Notes: generated by a model from the letters alone, not told the origin. 64,000 nucleotides of DNA from an uncultured Chloroflexia bacterium (GCA_963724295.1 CAVRUC010000004.1:32001-96000); one strand, 5' to 3'; positions 40,062 through 51,748 are shown, numbered from the stretch's first letter. Program-made: numbers and translations.

Positions 40062-40664
40062 ATGGCAAGCGACGTTTTCCTCCCGGCCACCAGAGGGCAA
40101 TCAGCGATCGAACCCGCACAGCCACGCGAGGCTTATGTGCCGGCTACCCAGACTCCCTTGATGGCGCCAAGTGTGGCCACTGCAGCGCCGGTGTACGCGG
40201 GCGCCTATCCGCCGGTGATCGTCAACATCCATCCACCTGCGATACCCATGATCGTGACCGCTCCCGCAGGACCGCCGTTCATTGCGCGGGCGCTCTGGTA
40301 TGTCTTCGTCGGGTGGTGGCTGTCGGCCCTGATCGTCGCCCTGGGGTACCTGTTGATGATCACGGTCATCGGCATTCCCGTAGCGTTTGCGCTGTTCAAT
40401 CGTATTCCTCAGGCGTTGACGTTACGCGCCAGGACGGTGCGGTATCAGGCGGAGGTCCGCGACGGCATCACCTATCTCACGGCGGGAACTCAACGGCAGC
40501 GTCCGTGGTACTGGCGAGCGTTGTATTTCCCACTTATCGGTTGGTGGTTCGGGGCGGTGTGGCTTGGTGCCGCTTGGCTCATCGGGAATCTCATCATCAC
40601 GTTGCCCGTCACGTTCCTCATGTACAACCGAACCAGCACGGTGATGACGCTTCAACGGCACTGA
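40062..40664 (+). CDS. YccF-domain inner membrane protein
   Basis: Two copies of the RALW/Y..GWW....W....L..TIIG.P-type repeat. Confidence 0.8.
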   Translation: MASDVFLPATRGQSAIEPAQPREAYVPATQTPLMAPSVATAAPVYAGAYPPVIVNIHPPAIPMIVTAPAGPPFIARALWYVFVGWWLSALIVALGYLLMITVIGIPVAFALFNRIPQALTLRARTVRYQAEVRDGITYLTAGTQRQRPWYWRALYFPLIGWWFGAVWLGAAWLIGNLIITLPVTFLMYNRTSTVMTLQRH

Positions 40665-40763
40665 GTCGGCACGTTCGACCGACTTCGACTCGGCGAGCTT
40701 TTGCTCGACCGGTCGCTGCTCCAATCAGTTCTTGTGACTTGGCTAACGGAGGGAGGAGCCACC

Positions 40764-41516
40764 ATGACAGAGATTGCGATATTGACTTTCGGTCCGCTGG
40801 TCATCACGGTGCTGCTCAATCTGCGCAAACGCACAAGTTGGGGGCAGCGGTTGGCTACGCTCGTTGTCGCAGGGCTGGTACTCACACTCCTCCAGTATGT
40901 CGTCGATATTGTGGCAATGGCGCCTGCATTGTCGGCTGGAACCCCAAATGAGCAAGGCTATCGTCTGGGATCCAGCCTTGGCGCACTAACCGCTGACTTG
41001 GTAATCGGTCTCATCCGTGGCGGCATTGGCCTTGGCATCTGGTGGATCTCATCGCTGTTGGTCAGTATCTTGGCGTCTCGCTCGGCAACGGCTCAGGACT
41101 ACAGTTATCAGGCACCACTTGTCGCCGTACCCGGTCAAGGTGTCGGAGTTGCGTCCAGCGAACTTCTCTTCCGAGAGTCCTGCCGAGGAACGGGTGATCG
41201 TGCCGGACGTGGCTCCGGCGATCATCACGGCCGAGGAGCGGGCGGCCGTGATGGCCCGGCTGCGGCACAACCAAGCGACGAGTATCCGCAACAATCGGTG
41301 TCCCGAAGGGAGCCTGCTCCGGGCCGGATTTGTCCGCTGTGGGCATTGCGGCCGGAGCCTCGTCGTCACGAACCCGACAGGGTCGCGACCGACCGCCTCA
41401 CCGACCTACCGCTGCGATCGACGCCAGTCGGCCGTGCGGGGCTGTCCGGAACCGAGCATCGCGGCCAGCCTCCTCGACCCGCTCATCTGGGAGGGGGTCT
41501 GCGCCCTTTTGCTTGA
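40764..41516 (+). CDS. Hypothetical membrane protein; 3' part runs out of frame into the recombinase relic
   Basis: GGAGGAG RBS; about 3 TM helices in the first 110 aa, then a non-protein-like tail after about 41180. Confidence 0.55.
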   Translation: MTEIAILTFGPLVITVLLNLRKRTSWGQRLATLVVAGLVLTLLQYVVDIVAMAPALSAGTPNEQGYRLGSSLGALTADLVIGLIRGGIGLGIWWISSLLVSILASRSATAQDYSYQAPLVAVPGQGVGVASSELLFRESCRGTGDRAGRGSGDHHGRGAGGRDGPAAAQPSDEYPQQSVSRREPAPGRICPLWALRPEPRRHEPDRVATDRLTDLPLRSTPVGRAGLSGTEHRGQPPRPAHLGGGLRPFA

Positions 41517-42098
41517 TCCCACGGTCATCTATCGGGCACTCTGCACGCACTACGACGGCGGCGGCTTGACGCGGGAACTGGCCGTCATGGAGCAGCAATT
41601 GCAGACCATCGTCACCGAGCAACAACGGACTGCCCGGAGGATCGCGACCATCGAGGACGACGCGGTAGCGGCCCCGTTGCTGGCGGAATTGCACACCCTG
41701 GCGAGCAGCAGGACGTGGAACGGCTGCGGCACCGTCTCGCGGATACGGCAGCGGACACCGCTCAGGTCCGCTCCCTGATGGCGTGGTGTCGGACGGTGGC
41801 CCAGAATCTCGACGGCCTGACCTACGACGAGAAGCGGTCCGTCCTGGCGGTGCTAGGCACGCAGGTCCGCATCTATCGCCGGGGCAGCCACGATGGGGAG
41901 GGAAGACCACACCAGCGGTGGGAGTTGCTCATTGATCCGCGCCGGTTGCAGCCGGACGGCCCGTCGGTGTTGGGGCCGAATCTTCTGTATGGTTCCTCCA
42001 CCCTGTGCGCCTCTCCAGACCCGGATAACCGAATCTGGAGTAGGGGCACGGCATGCCGAGCCCCTGCCACAACGCCACAGCAGACCGAATCGCCGTAA
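41179..42098 (+). pseudogene. Large serine recombinase remnant (catalytic N-terminus missing, frameshift near 41710)
   Basis: PAIIT.E....V..RL, zinc ribbon LLRAGFVRCGHCG...YRC...C, coiled coil, LTYDEKRSVL..LG.QV. Confidence 0.85.
42040..42067 (+). repeat. GTAG-family REP-like palindrome
   Basis: GTAGGGGCACGGCATGCCGAGCCCCTGC. Confidence 0.65.
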
Positions 42099-42114
42099 TC
42101 TGGCGCCTCTGCCC

Positions 42115-44913
42115 TCAGGCGTGAACCGCCAGTGTGGGCAATGGTGTGAGGTCGTCCCAGTTGGGCCCGGCGCAGACTTCGGTCTCGAGCGGCACCGAAA
42201 GCTCGGCCGCTCCCTCCATCACGCTCTGCACCAGCTCGGCGATCGCCGCAACGTCGGGCCGGTCGACTTCCAGCACCAGCTCGTCGTGGACCTGCAGGAT
42301 CAGCTTGGCCCGCAATCCCGAATCCGCCAATTCTCGATCGAGGTTGATCATGGCGATCTTCATGATGTCGGAGGCACTGCCTTGCAACGGCATGTTGACC
42401 GCCATCCGCTCCGCCGCCGCTCGCCGCGAATAGTTCGCCGAGGTCAGGTCGCCGATGATGCGCCGCCGGCCGTAGATCGACTCGACGTAGCCGTGCTGAT
42501 GCCCAAATCCGAGTGTCCCATCGAAATACCGCTTCACCAGCGGTAAGTTCGCCCAGTACTGATCGATGAAGCGCTGGGCCTCCTGGCGCGGCAGACCCGT
42601 GTCGCGCGAGAGCCCGTGCGCCTGCATGCCGTAGATGATGCCGAAGTTCACGGTCTTGGCGACGCGGCGCATGTCCGCGGTGACCTCTTCCCGCGGGACA
42701 CCGTGGATCACGGCGGCCGTCACGGTGTGAATGTCCTCGCCGCGCGCGAACGCCTCGATCAGGAACGGCTCGCCGCTCATATGCGCCAGCAGGCGCAGCT
42801 CGATCTGTGAATAGTCGGCGGAGACCAGGACCGGGTCATCGAAGAGCCGGAATTCCGGGCGCTGGTCGGCGATGAACGCGCGCCGGACGCGCCGTCCCAG
42901 CTCGGTGCGGATGGGGATGTTCTGCAAGTTCGGGTTGGTCGACGAGAGGCGACCGGTCGCGGCGATCGTCTGGTTGAACGAGGTGTGGACCCTGCCGGTA
43001 CGCGAGTTGACCTGCAGCGGCAGCGCATCGACATAGGTCGACTTCAGCTTGGCGAGCGTGCGGTACTCGAGGATCAGGTCGACGATCGGGTGCCGGTGGC
43101 GAAGGTTCTCGAGGACCTCCGAGTCGACGGAAAAGCCGGTCTTCGTTCGTCGTCCGGAAGGAAGCCCCAGCTCTTCGAAGAGGAGCGGCGCGAGCTGCCG
43201 GGCCGAGTTCGGGTTGATCTGCCGTCCCGCCACTTCATTCAGCTCGATCTCGACCTGCTGCAGCCTTGCGGTAATCTCTTGCGACAGCTCGGTCAGGTAC
43301 GGCACGTCGACCGCAATGCCCGCCTGCTCCATCTTCACCAGCACCGGGACCAGCGGTTGCTCGATCTCATAGAGGAGGGAATCCATCTCCGCCTGATGGA
43401 TCTCCGGCCGCAGCAGGTCGGCCAGCTCGAACGTGACCTCGACGTCGGCGCTTGCGTAATCCCCCGCTTCGTCGGAATCGACCATGTCCATCGTCAGCTG
43501 ATTGCGCCCACTGCCGATCAGAGCGACGATCTCGGTCATCTCGCGGCCGAGGCGGGTGAACGCCAGATCCTTCAGCCGCATCGAGGTCTCGCCCAGCAGG
43601 TAGGCGGCGATCATCGTCTCGAAACCGAGGTTGGTCAGCTCGTACCCATGGCGCTCCAGCACCGCGATGTCGTACTTGGCGTGGTGCGCGTACGCTTCCA
43701 GCTCGCCGTCGATCAGGAGTGGTTGCAGCGCGGCGTAGACCGCCTCCGCAGCGAGCTGGTCCGGGTTACCAGTCGCGTGGCGAAGTGGGATGTAATACCC
43801 CTCGGCCGGACCGACCCCGACGGCGATGCCGACCAGATTGGCGGTGAGAGGATCGAGCGAGTCCGTTTCGACGTCGATGGCGTAGCGACCGGTCTCGCGT
43901 ACGCGCCGCACCAGCCGCGCCAGATCTTCGTCGGTGCGCACGATGGTGCGGATCGAATCCGGGCGCTCGACTCGCGGCGCGACCTCTATGCGGTCGGCGC
44001 GCAGGTCCGGCAGCCGGGTCGCCAGGGTGCGGAACTCGAGCTCCCGGAACAGCTCGATAATCGCTTCACGGTCGTAGTTGCCGACGTGGCTGCGGTCGAG
44101 ATCGATCTCGATCGGCAGATCGCGCACGATCGTCGTCAGCCGCTTGCTGCGCCGTGCCTCGTCGACCCCGGCGGCCAGCGCGTTCCTGGCCCGCGGCGGC
44201 GTGATCTCGTCGAGGTGGGCGAGGATCGACTCGATATCCCCGTACTGGGCGATGAGCGCCTTGGCCGTCTTCTCGCCGATGCCGGAGACACCCGGGATGT
44301 TGTCCGAGGTGTCGCCGACCAGTGCCTTGTAATCGGCGACGTGCTCGGGTCCGAAACCGTAGCGGGCATGAACGGCGCTCGGATCGAAGTACCGCAGCTC
44401 TCCGAAGCGCTGGGCTCCCGGCAGCACGACGGTCGTGTTCTCGTCGACGAGCTGCAACAGGTCGCTGTCGCCGGTGACGATGATCACCTTCACGTCGCTA
44501 CGGTCGGCGCAGACCCGGGAGAGGCTGCCGATGACATCGTCCGCCTCGTAGCCGGGGCGCTCTTCGATCGGGATGTTGAGAGCGTCGATCAATTGCCGGA
44601 CGCGTTCGACCTGCGGCCGCAGATCGTCGGGCATGGCGCCACGGTTCGCCTTGTACTCGGCGAACTCTTCGTCCCGAAACGTCGGCCCGCCTTCCAGGGC
44701 GATGATCGCGTACTCCGGTTTCTCCCGGCGCAGCACGTCCAGCAGCATCGATGCGAACCCGAACACCGCATTGACGACCTCGCCCTTCGAGGTCGAGATC
44801 TCGTTCTTGATCGCGTAGTAGGCGCGGAAGATCAGCCCGTAGCCGTCGACCAGCAACAGGGTCGGGCGATCATCCTCTGGCTGCTCTTCGTTCGTTTGCT
44901 GTGATTCCGACAC
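42115..44913 (-). CDS. polA: DNA polymerase I
   Basis: LLLVDG, EADDVI, DVET exonuclease motif, TGRLSS..PNLQNIP, DYSQIELR, QVHDEL; AGGAGGA RBS before GTG 44913. Confidence 0.98.
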   Translation of the reverse strand: MSESQQTNEEQPEDDRPTLLLVDGYGLIFRAYYAIKNEISTSKGEVVNAVFGFASMLLDVLRREKPEYAIIALEGGPTFRDEEFAEYKANRGAMPDDLRPQVERVRQLIDALNIPIEERPGYEADDVIGSLSRVCADRSDVKVIIVTGDSDLLQLVDENTTVVLPGAQRFGELRYFDPSAVHARYGFGPEHVADYKALVGDTSDNIPGVSGIGEKTAKALIAQYGDIESILAHLDEITPPRARNALAAGVDEARRSKRLTTIVRDLPIEIDLDRSHVGNYDREAIIELFRELEFRTLATRLPDLRADRIEVAPRVERPDSIRTIVRTDEDLARLVRRVRETGRYAIDVETDSLDPLTANLVGIAVGVGPAEGYYIPLRHATGNPDQLAAEAVYAALQPLLIDGELEAYAHHAKYDIAVLERHGYELTNLGFETMIAAYLLGETSMRLKDLAFTRLGREMTEIVALIGSGRNQLTMDMVDSDEAGDYASADVEVTFELADLLRPEIHQAEMDSLLYEIEQPLVPVLVKMEQAGIAVDVPYLTELSQEITARLQQVEIELNEVAGRQINPNSARQLAPLLFEELGLPSGRRTKTGFSVDSEVLENLRHRHPIVDLILEYRTLAKLKSTYVDALPLQVNSRTGRVHTSFNQTIAATGRLSSTNPNLQNIPIRTELGRRVRRAFIADQRPEFRLFDDPVLVSADYSQIELRLLAHMSGEPFLIEAFARGEDIHTVTAAVIHGVPREEVTADMRRVAKTVNFGIIYGMQAHGLSRDTGLPRQEAQRFIDQYWANLPLVKRYFDGTLGFGHQHGYVESIYGRRRIIGDLTSANYSRRAAAERMAVNMPLQGSASDIMKIAMINLDRELADSGLRAKLILQVHDELVLEVDRPDVAAIAELVQSVMEGAAELSVPLETEVCAGPNWDDLTPLPTLAVHA

Positions 44914-44983
44914 GCCGGGGATCCTCCTGTATGTGTAGTGAAGTATCGCCGATCCGCCGGTGTCCGTACGCGTCGAGGGTGGC

Positions 44984-45089
44984 GGGTGATGGGTGATAGG
45001 GTGATTACTCGCTGCGCTCGCGGTGATGGGGTGATAGGGAGTCTCTCTCGTTCTCCCTATCACCCTATGACCCCATCACCCTATCACCC
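44984..45089. repeat. Inverted arrays of short GGTGAT(A/G)G repeats between divergent polA and moxR
   Basis: GGGTGATGGGTGATAGG...GGGTGATAGGGAG(45029-41) / CTCCCTATCACCC(45053-65)...CCCATCACCCTATCACCC. Confidence 0.75.
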
Positions 45090-45189
45090 ATGTCACCGGC
45101 GCTATACTTGGCGGGATGCGAAAAATCGTGCTGATCATGCGGAGCGGTCTCCCGCGGTGCGGAAGATCCGATAGGAGCTAGCACAACTG

Positions 45190-46185
<996 letters not shown>

Positions 46186-46199
46186 GCGAACGATCGCGG

Positions 46200-47468
46200 A
46201 TGAACGGCCTCAAAATCATCCTCCTCGTTGTGGCGGTCCTGGCGGTCGGTCAGATCGCCGACTGGGGCGTCGCTGACCATCTGGTCATCGCGCTCCTCGT
46301 CATTCTGGCTGTCGCCTGGACCTGGACGAGGCTGAGCCTGCGAGGGATCTCCGTCGCGCGCAAGACCGGCGCCGGTCGGGCCCAGGTCGGACAGTCGCTG
46401 CATGAGACCCTGGCGGTGAGAAACGCCGGTCGTTTGAGCAAGCTCTGGATCGAACTGATGGACCGTTCGACACTTCCTGGACATGACCCCGGCCGCGTCG
46501 TCAACGTTCCCGGTCGCTCGGCCGTCGAATGGGACACGCGGACCGTCTGCGTGCGCCGCGGGCGCTATCACCTCGGTCCTGTCGAGCTCCGGTCGGGAGA
46601 CCCACTGGGCATATTCGCCAGCCGGCTCGAGTTCGCGGAGACCGCCGAAGTGATCGTCTATCCGGCAGTGGTCGAGCTGCGGGAAGCCGGCATACCGGAG
46701 GGCGCCCTCTCCGGGGGCAGCGCCCTGGAGCGACGCACACCCCACGTGACGCCCAATGTCGCCGGTGTTCGCGACTACACGGCGAGCGACGGTTTCAACC
46801 GCATCTCCTGGTCGGCCACGGCGCGCCTGGCCCGCCTGATGGTCAAGGAATTCGACCAGGACCCAACCGCCGACGTCTGGATCGTCCTCGATCTGCATCA
46901 GGCCCAGCACCGCCTCGCCACGCGACCGGTGAACTGGACGCCAGACGACCGTGGCCAGTGGCCGGCGGAGGCCTGGCTCGACTCAACCGAGGAGTACGCG
47001 GTGACCGTCGCCGCATCGCTCGCCGGCCGCTTCCTCGAGGAGGGCCGCAACGTCGGGTTGATCGCCTCCGGCGCGCACCTGGAGACGATTCCCGCCGACC
47101 GCTCGGACCGGCAGCTGGTCAAGATCCTGGAGAGCCTGGCCGTCGTCCGCGCCGACGGCGCTCTGCCGCTTGCCGAGCTCCTTACCGTCGAGGGACGCCG
47201 CCTGGGGCGGCACGATTTCATGACCGTTATCACCCCGTCACTCGACGAACGATGGGTCGCCGCGCTAGCGGAGATCGCGCAGCGCGGCGTTCGCGTTTCG
47301 GCGGTGCTGATCGAGCCGGGAACATTCGGCTCGGCCCCGTCGCCGCTGCTCACGGTCAGCGCCCTGGCGGCGGCCGGGATACCGGCGCATCTCGTCAAGT
47401 ACGGTGAACCGATCGCGTCGGCGTTTGCCAGCCCGGCCCTCACGCAGTTACGAGGTGTCCGTGGCTAG
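46200..47468 (+). CDS. DUF58 (VWA-like) protein
   Basis: RRGRY, DPLG, GVRDY..D...ISWSATAR...LMVKEF. Confidence 0.9.
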   Translation: MNGLKIILLVVAVLAVGQIADWGVADHLVIALLVILAVAWTWTRLSLRGISVARKTGAGRAQVGQSLHETLAVRNAGRLSKLWIELMDRSTLPGHDPGRVVNVPGRSAVEWDTRTVCVRRGRYHLGPVELRSGDPLGIFASRLEFAETAEVIVYPAVVELREAGIPEGALSGGSALERRTPHVTPNVAGVRDYTASDGFNRISWSATARLARLMVKEFDQDPTADVWIVLDLHQAQHRLATRPVNWTPDDRGQWPAEAWLDSTEEYAVTVAASLAGRFLEEGRNVGLIASGAHLETIPADRSDRQLVKILESLAVVRADGALPLAELLTVEGRRLGRHDFMTVITPSLDERWVAALAEIAQRGVRVSAVLIEPGTFGSAPSPLLTVSALAAAGIPAHLVKYGEPIASAFASPALTQLRGVRG

Positions 47469-50083
47469 CCTGGCTCCTCCCATCCCTGCCGCGTCTCCTC
47501 CTCGCTGGTCACCGGCGCGGCTGGCGCGGGCCATATCACCCGCCGAGGGGTGGGCGAGCGTGATCCTGCTCGGCGTCGTCCTGCTCTCCACGGCCTGGAC
47601 CGTCGCCCGCACCGACGTTGCGCCGGATGGCGTCAGCATGGCCGTGCTGGGCATCGGCGGTCTGTTGACCGGGCTGGGGCTGGCAAAGCTCAGCACCCCG
47701 GATCTCCTCGCCCACCTTTTCGCCATTCTCAGCGGCGTCTTCGCCTCATTGCTGCTCGCCGTGGAACGGACGCCGCTCGCGGACGGCGGCCGGTGGGCAA
47801 GGCTCGCCGCACTGGGCGATCTCGGTGCGCAGTGGCTGGCTCAGGCCCAGGCTGGCGATCCGCTTGATGACCCGCGACTCCTCTCCATCATGCTTGGCGC
47901 CGCGGTCTGGCTCGTCTCGTACACCGCGGCCTGGGTGCTGTTCCGCCGGGGCTGGCTAACCACGGCGCTCGCCTTGCCGGGCGCCATTGCGCTCGCCAAT
48001 CTCGGGTATGCGCCCGAGGAAGGGACGTTGCCCCTTCTGGTCATGGTCGTTGCCGGCACGATGCTCGCGGCCCGCCACGCGGCCTACCGGCGGGAGGTCG
48101 AGTGGTCGCGCGCCCAGCTGCCATATCCGCGCCGCACCGTTCCCCGCTTCCTGTTTGGCGGCGTCGTTATCGCGTTGCTCGTGGCGGCTCTTGCCTGGAC
48201 ACTGCCACTTTCCACCAGAGACTCCCTCTTCGGAGCCGCCTGGGAGCGGATCAGTGAGCCTCTCGAGGAGGTCGCCGAGTCGCTGGAACGAGCTCGTCTC
48301 GCAGTTTGGCGGGCCGGGCGATGACAGCGGCGGCTCGTACTCCGCCTTCGGCGACAGCTTCCGCCTTGGCGGGCATCTGCAGCTCTCCGACGATCCCGTC
48401 GTGGTGCTGCAGCCGTCAGGCGGTGCGATGCGCCCCGCCTATCTCGCCGGCCAGCGCTATGACGCGTACAACGGACACGGCTGGTCGACATCGGTCGACG
48501 ATACGTTCCAGGAGACAGGATCCGACGGGCGGCGCTACTCGTCCCGAATGAGCTTCTTCTCCGGTCAGGGCGTGCATCTCTCACCGGAAGTGACCGTGGA
48601 CCGCTCTCAGGTCGAAGCGGAGATGAGGGTCATCCGCCCGAAAGGCGATCTCATCTTCACACTCGATACCTATCTCGCCGCCGACCGGCGCACCAACGTG
48701 CAGCTCTCCTGGCGGCAGCTCGAGAACGAGCTGTTCCCGCTCGTTGCCGGAGAGCTGGCCGCCCTTCCCCAGGACCTGCAACGGATCGGCGCGCTTGTCA
48801 GCAGAGGCAGTTACACACCGCCGTCCAATGGCGGGGTCAATGACGATTCGCCCCTCCCCCTCGATCCCTCCCTCGCCGCGGAGATTCAGTCCGAGCGCGA
48901 TGCCCTCTTGCCCCGGTTCCTCGATGTTGGCTGGGTGATCGGTCCTGACGGGCGAGCCCAGGCACTCCGCGTCTCGGGCCAGTTGCCCGTCTACGACGAC
49001 GTCGAAGCGGTATTCAGCCAGGATGACATCGGCGAAGGCGACGCGTATGCGGTTTCCGGGCTGACCAGCACCGCCGCACCCGACCAGCTCCGGGCCGCCG
49101 GTGACGACTATCCAGCGTGGGTCGCCGATCGCTACCTCAAACTGCCGGAGACCATCACTGACCGCACCCGGGAGCTGGCGCGCCAGCTGGCCACGGGGCA
49201 GTCCAATGCCTTCGACACGGCGGTCGCCGTCGAGGAGTACGTCCGATCGACGATCACCTACAACGAAGACATCGACGCCCCACCGGACAATCAGGACGTC
49301 GTCGATTACGTGCTCTTCGAAAGCCAGGAGGGGTATTGCGAGTACTACGCCTCGGCGATGGCCGTTCTTCTCCGCGCCGAGGGCATCCCCTCCCGGGTGG
49401 TCGGCGGCTACTTCCCGGCGCCGTACGACGCGAACGAGGGGGGGCACCTCTATCGCGAGAAGAACGCGCACCTCTGGGTCGAAGCCTTCTTCCCCGGGTA
49501 CGGCTGGATCCCGTTCGAGCCAACCGCGAACCGGGAGCGACTCGATTACGGTGATCTGACCGCGCCCGCGCAGGAGCCCGCGCTGCCGACACCCGTTCCA
49601 ACCCCGCCTCCCGTCGCGGAGCCGACCCCGCCTCCTGTAGCGGAGGCACCGGCGCAGCAGCCCCCGATGACGCCGCCAGACATCCTGTCCGACCCGACAC
49701 GGCTCGCCGGCTGGATCGGACTCGTGCTGGCCGCGCTCGTCGCCATCGCGGCGCTCGCCGCGGTCACGGCCTGGTTTCTCGGGTTCCGCGGTCTCTCGCC
49801 TGTCTCGAGTCTCTACGCCCGCTCTCTGCGGGTGGGCAACTGGCTCGGCGTGCCGCCCAGGGTCTCGCTGACGCCGCATGAATATGCCGATCGGGTTGGC
49901 CGCGTCGTACCGTCGGCGCAAGGTCCGGCCCGGGTCGTCGCCGAGCTTTACACCCAGGAGCGTTACGCGGGGCGCCGGCCGGACGGGGATGCCATGCGCG
50001 CCGCACGCGACGCCTGGCGCGATCTGCGCGGGATCGCCATCGGTTCGCTCCTGCGCCGGAACCGGGGAGCGAGGCGACAATGA
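47461..50083 (+). CDS. Membrane transglutaminase-like protein (TgpA type, DUF4129-like tail); frameshift near 48277
   Basis: Multi-TM N-part (to 48324) and GYCEYYASAMAVLLR..GIPSR...AHLWVEAFFPGYGWIPFEPT in a shifted frame; completes the MoxR-DUF58-TGase triad. Confidence 0.88.
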
Positions 50084-51018
50084 GCGGGCCAGCGGATCCC
50101 GCGCCGGGACCGGTCCTCGTCGCCGGCGCGATCAATACCGACCTGGTGGCGCGCGTCGCCAAAGCTCCCGACGCCGGCGAGACGGTGACCGGATCCACCT
50201 TCGCCATCTTCGGCGGCGGCAAGGGTGCTAACCAGGCCATCGCCGCGGCCCGTTCCGGTGCCCCAACGGCGATATTCGGCGCACTCGGCGATGACGATTT
50301 CGGCCGCCAACGGCGCGCCGATCTGGACGGTGAGGGCATCGACACTGATTCCGTCGCCCGCAGTACGACCGCGGCGTCCGGGGTGGCGCTCATCGTCGTC
50401 GAAGAGGAGACCGGCCAGAACCGGATCTCCTACGTCCCGGGGGCGACGATGACACTCACCCCCGATCAGGCCCGAGCCGCCGTCGAGCGGGTGAGACCGG
50501 TCGTGGTTTTGACCACCCTCGAACCGCCGCCGGAGACACTCGACGCTCTCCTCGATGCGAGCAAGCAACGAGGCGCGACCATCGTCCTGAACGCGACACC
50601 AGAGGCTATCGGCGCCAAGTCGCTCCTCGATCGCATCGACGTCCTGGTGGTCAACGAGACCGAAGCGGAAGACCTCCTCGGCAATGCTGTTTCCGCCACG
50701 AACGGCGAAGAGGCCGCTCGGTCGCTGGCCGCGCTCGGACCGGTAACGGTCGTCATCACCCTCGGCGCCGCGGGCGCGGCGGTAGCCCATGGTGGCCAGA
50801 CGGCGTCGTTCCCCGCGCCCCAGGTCGACGTAATCGACACCACCGGCGCCGGCGATGCCTTCTGCGGCGCGTTTGCCGCCAATCTGGCTCGTGGTCTCGA
50901 TCCGTTCCTGGCCGCGCGCACCGGCGTGGTAGCCGGGTCGCTGGCGACAACCATCCCCGGCGCCTACCCCGGTATCCCTCGCCGCGAGGCCATAGAGGGC
51001 ATGTTGGCTAGATCCTGA
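50080..51018 (+). CDS. rbsK: Ribokinase (PfkB family)
   Basis: GAINTD, GGKGANQA, NETEA, TLGAAG, DTTGAGDAF. Confidence 0.9.
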   Translation: MSGPADPAPGPVLVAGAINTDLVARVAKAPDAGETVTGSTFAIFGGGKGANQAIAAARSGAPTAIFGALGDDDFGRQRRADLDGEGIDTDSVARSTTAASGVALIVVEEETGQNRISYVPGATMTLTPDQARAAVERVRPVVVLTTLEPPPETLDALLDASKQRGATIVLNATPEAIGAKSLLDRIDVLVVNETEAEDLLGNAVSATNGEEAARSLAALGPVTVVITLGAAGAAVAHGGQTASFPAPQVDVIDTTGAGDAFCGAFAANLARGLDPFLAARTGVVAGSLATTIPGAYPGIPRREAIEGMLARS

Positions 51019-51086
51019 GCGGCGCGCTTTCCCGACACGCTTGATTCACACGGGTTGCTGAGCTGCTGCGCGTTGCGAACAGCGTG

Positions 51087-51299
51087 TCATTCCGATGATG
51101 CAGGAGGAATCTCGTGGTCGCCGCGCCGCGGCAGCCTCAAATCGGGCTCAGTACCACCCAGAAGCGCCAACCGTCGTGCGCTCTCGCGCTCGACTAACGC
51201 CCTGAGCGCTTCATGCACGAGCACAGCCACGTCGTCATATCCGGTGAGGGATTTAGCCCTTGCCAGCAACGCGTCGTCAATCTTGAGCGTCGTTCGCAT
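51087..51299 (-). CDS. vapB: VapB family antitoxin, no adjacent toxin
   Basis: MRTTLKIDDALL..A..LTG......LV.EAL.AL..RESARRLALLGGTEP. Confidence 0.8.
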   Translation of the reverse strand: MRTTLKIDDALLARAKSLTGYDDVAVLVHEALRALVERESARRLALLGGTEPDLRLPRRGDHEIPPASSE

Positions 51300-51333
51300 G
51301 TCTCATCCACGTGGGGTACTGCGCTGTTGGTCA

Positions 51334-51426
51334 TGGCGGAAGGGGAGGGATTCGAACCCTCGAGGCGGTGTTACCGCCTACGCGATTTCCAGTCGCGCGC
51401 ACTAGGCCAGGCTATGCGACCCTTCC
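51334..51426 (-). tRNA. tRNA-Ser(GGA)
   Basis: Cloverleaf, anticodon loop CT-GGA-AA, long variable arm, GTTCGAATC, encoded CCA. Confidence 0.96.
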
Positions 51427-51489
51427 AGCTTAGTTATCAGCCTTTGGCCGTCGATCCCTACTCTCGTGACCGACTGACCGACTCCATTG

Positions 51490-51578
<89 letters not shown>

Positions 51579-51638
51579 AACTCGTGAAGTATACCAACGC
51601 AGTCTCGCCAGATGGGGCCAGATCCGCGTGCGGACAGC

Positions 51639-51666
51639 AAAACCGCCCGGCGGATACCGGGCGGCG
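51639..51666 (-). terminator. Intrinsic terminator after tRNA-Arg
   Basis: GCCGCCCGG-TATCCG-CCGGGCGG-TTTT on the minus strand. Confidence 0.7.
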
Positions 51667-51675
51667 CGTCAGAGG

Positions 51676-51748
51676 TACGCCTGGCAGGATTCGAACCTGC
51701 GGCCTTTGGGTCCGCAACCCAACGCTCTATCCCCTGAGCTACAGGCGC
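51676..51748 (-). tRNA. tRNA-Arg(GCG)
   Basis: TTGGG-TT-GCG-GA-CCCAA anticodon arm; GTTCGAATC; 3' end reads ACCT (CCA not fully encoded). Confidence 0.93.

Larger units (their letters stand above)
32750..42010. mobile_element. Degraded integrative element / satellite-like island between fmdB and polA (ends approximate)
   Basis: Interrupts the minus-strand polA...fmdB-cysE run; carries a primase-helicase pseudogene, phage-like small ORFs, a serine recombinase relic and accessory genes. Confidence 0.75.

Noticed and set aside
42985..44904. 639-aa plus-strand ORF, and similar long ORFs at 61484-63418, 48581-50080, 26767-27981, 15894-16937 and 55785-57254
   Set aside because: Antisense shadows of clear genes, expected with high-GC codon bias; no motifs
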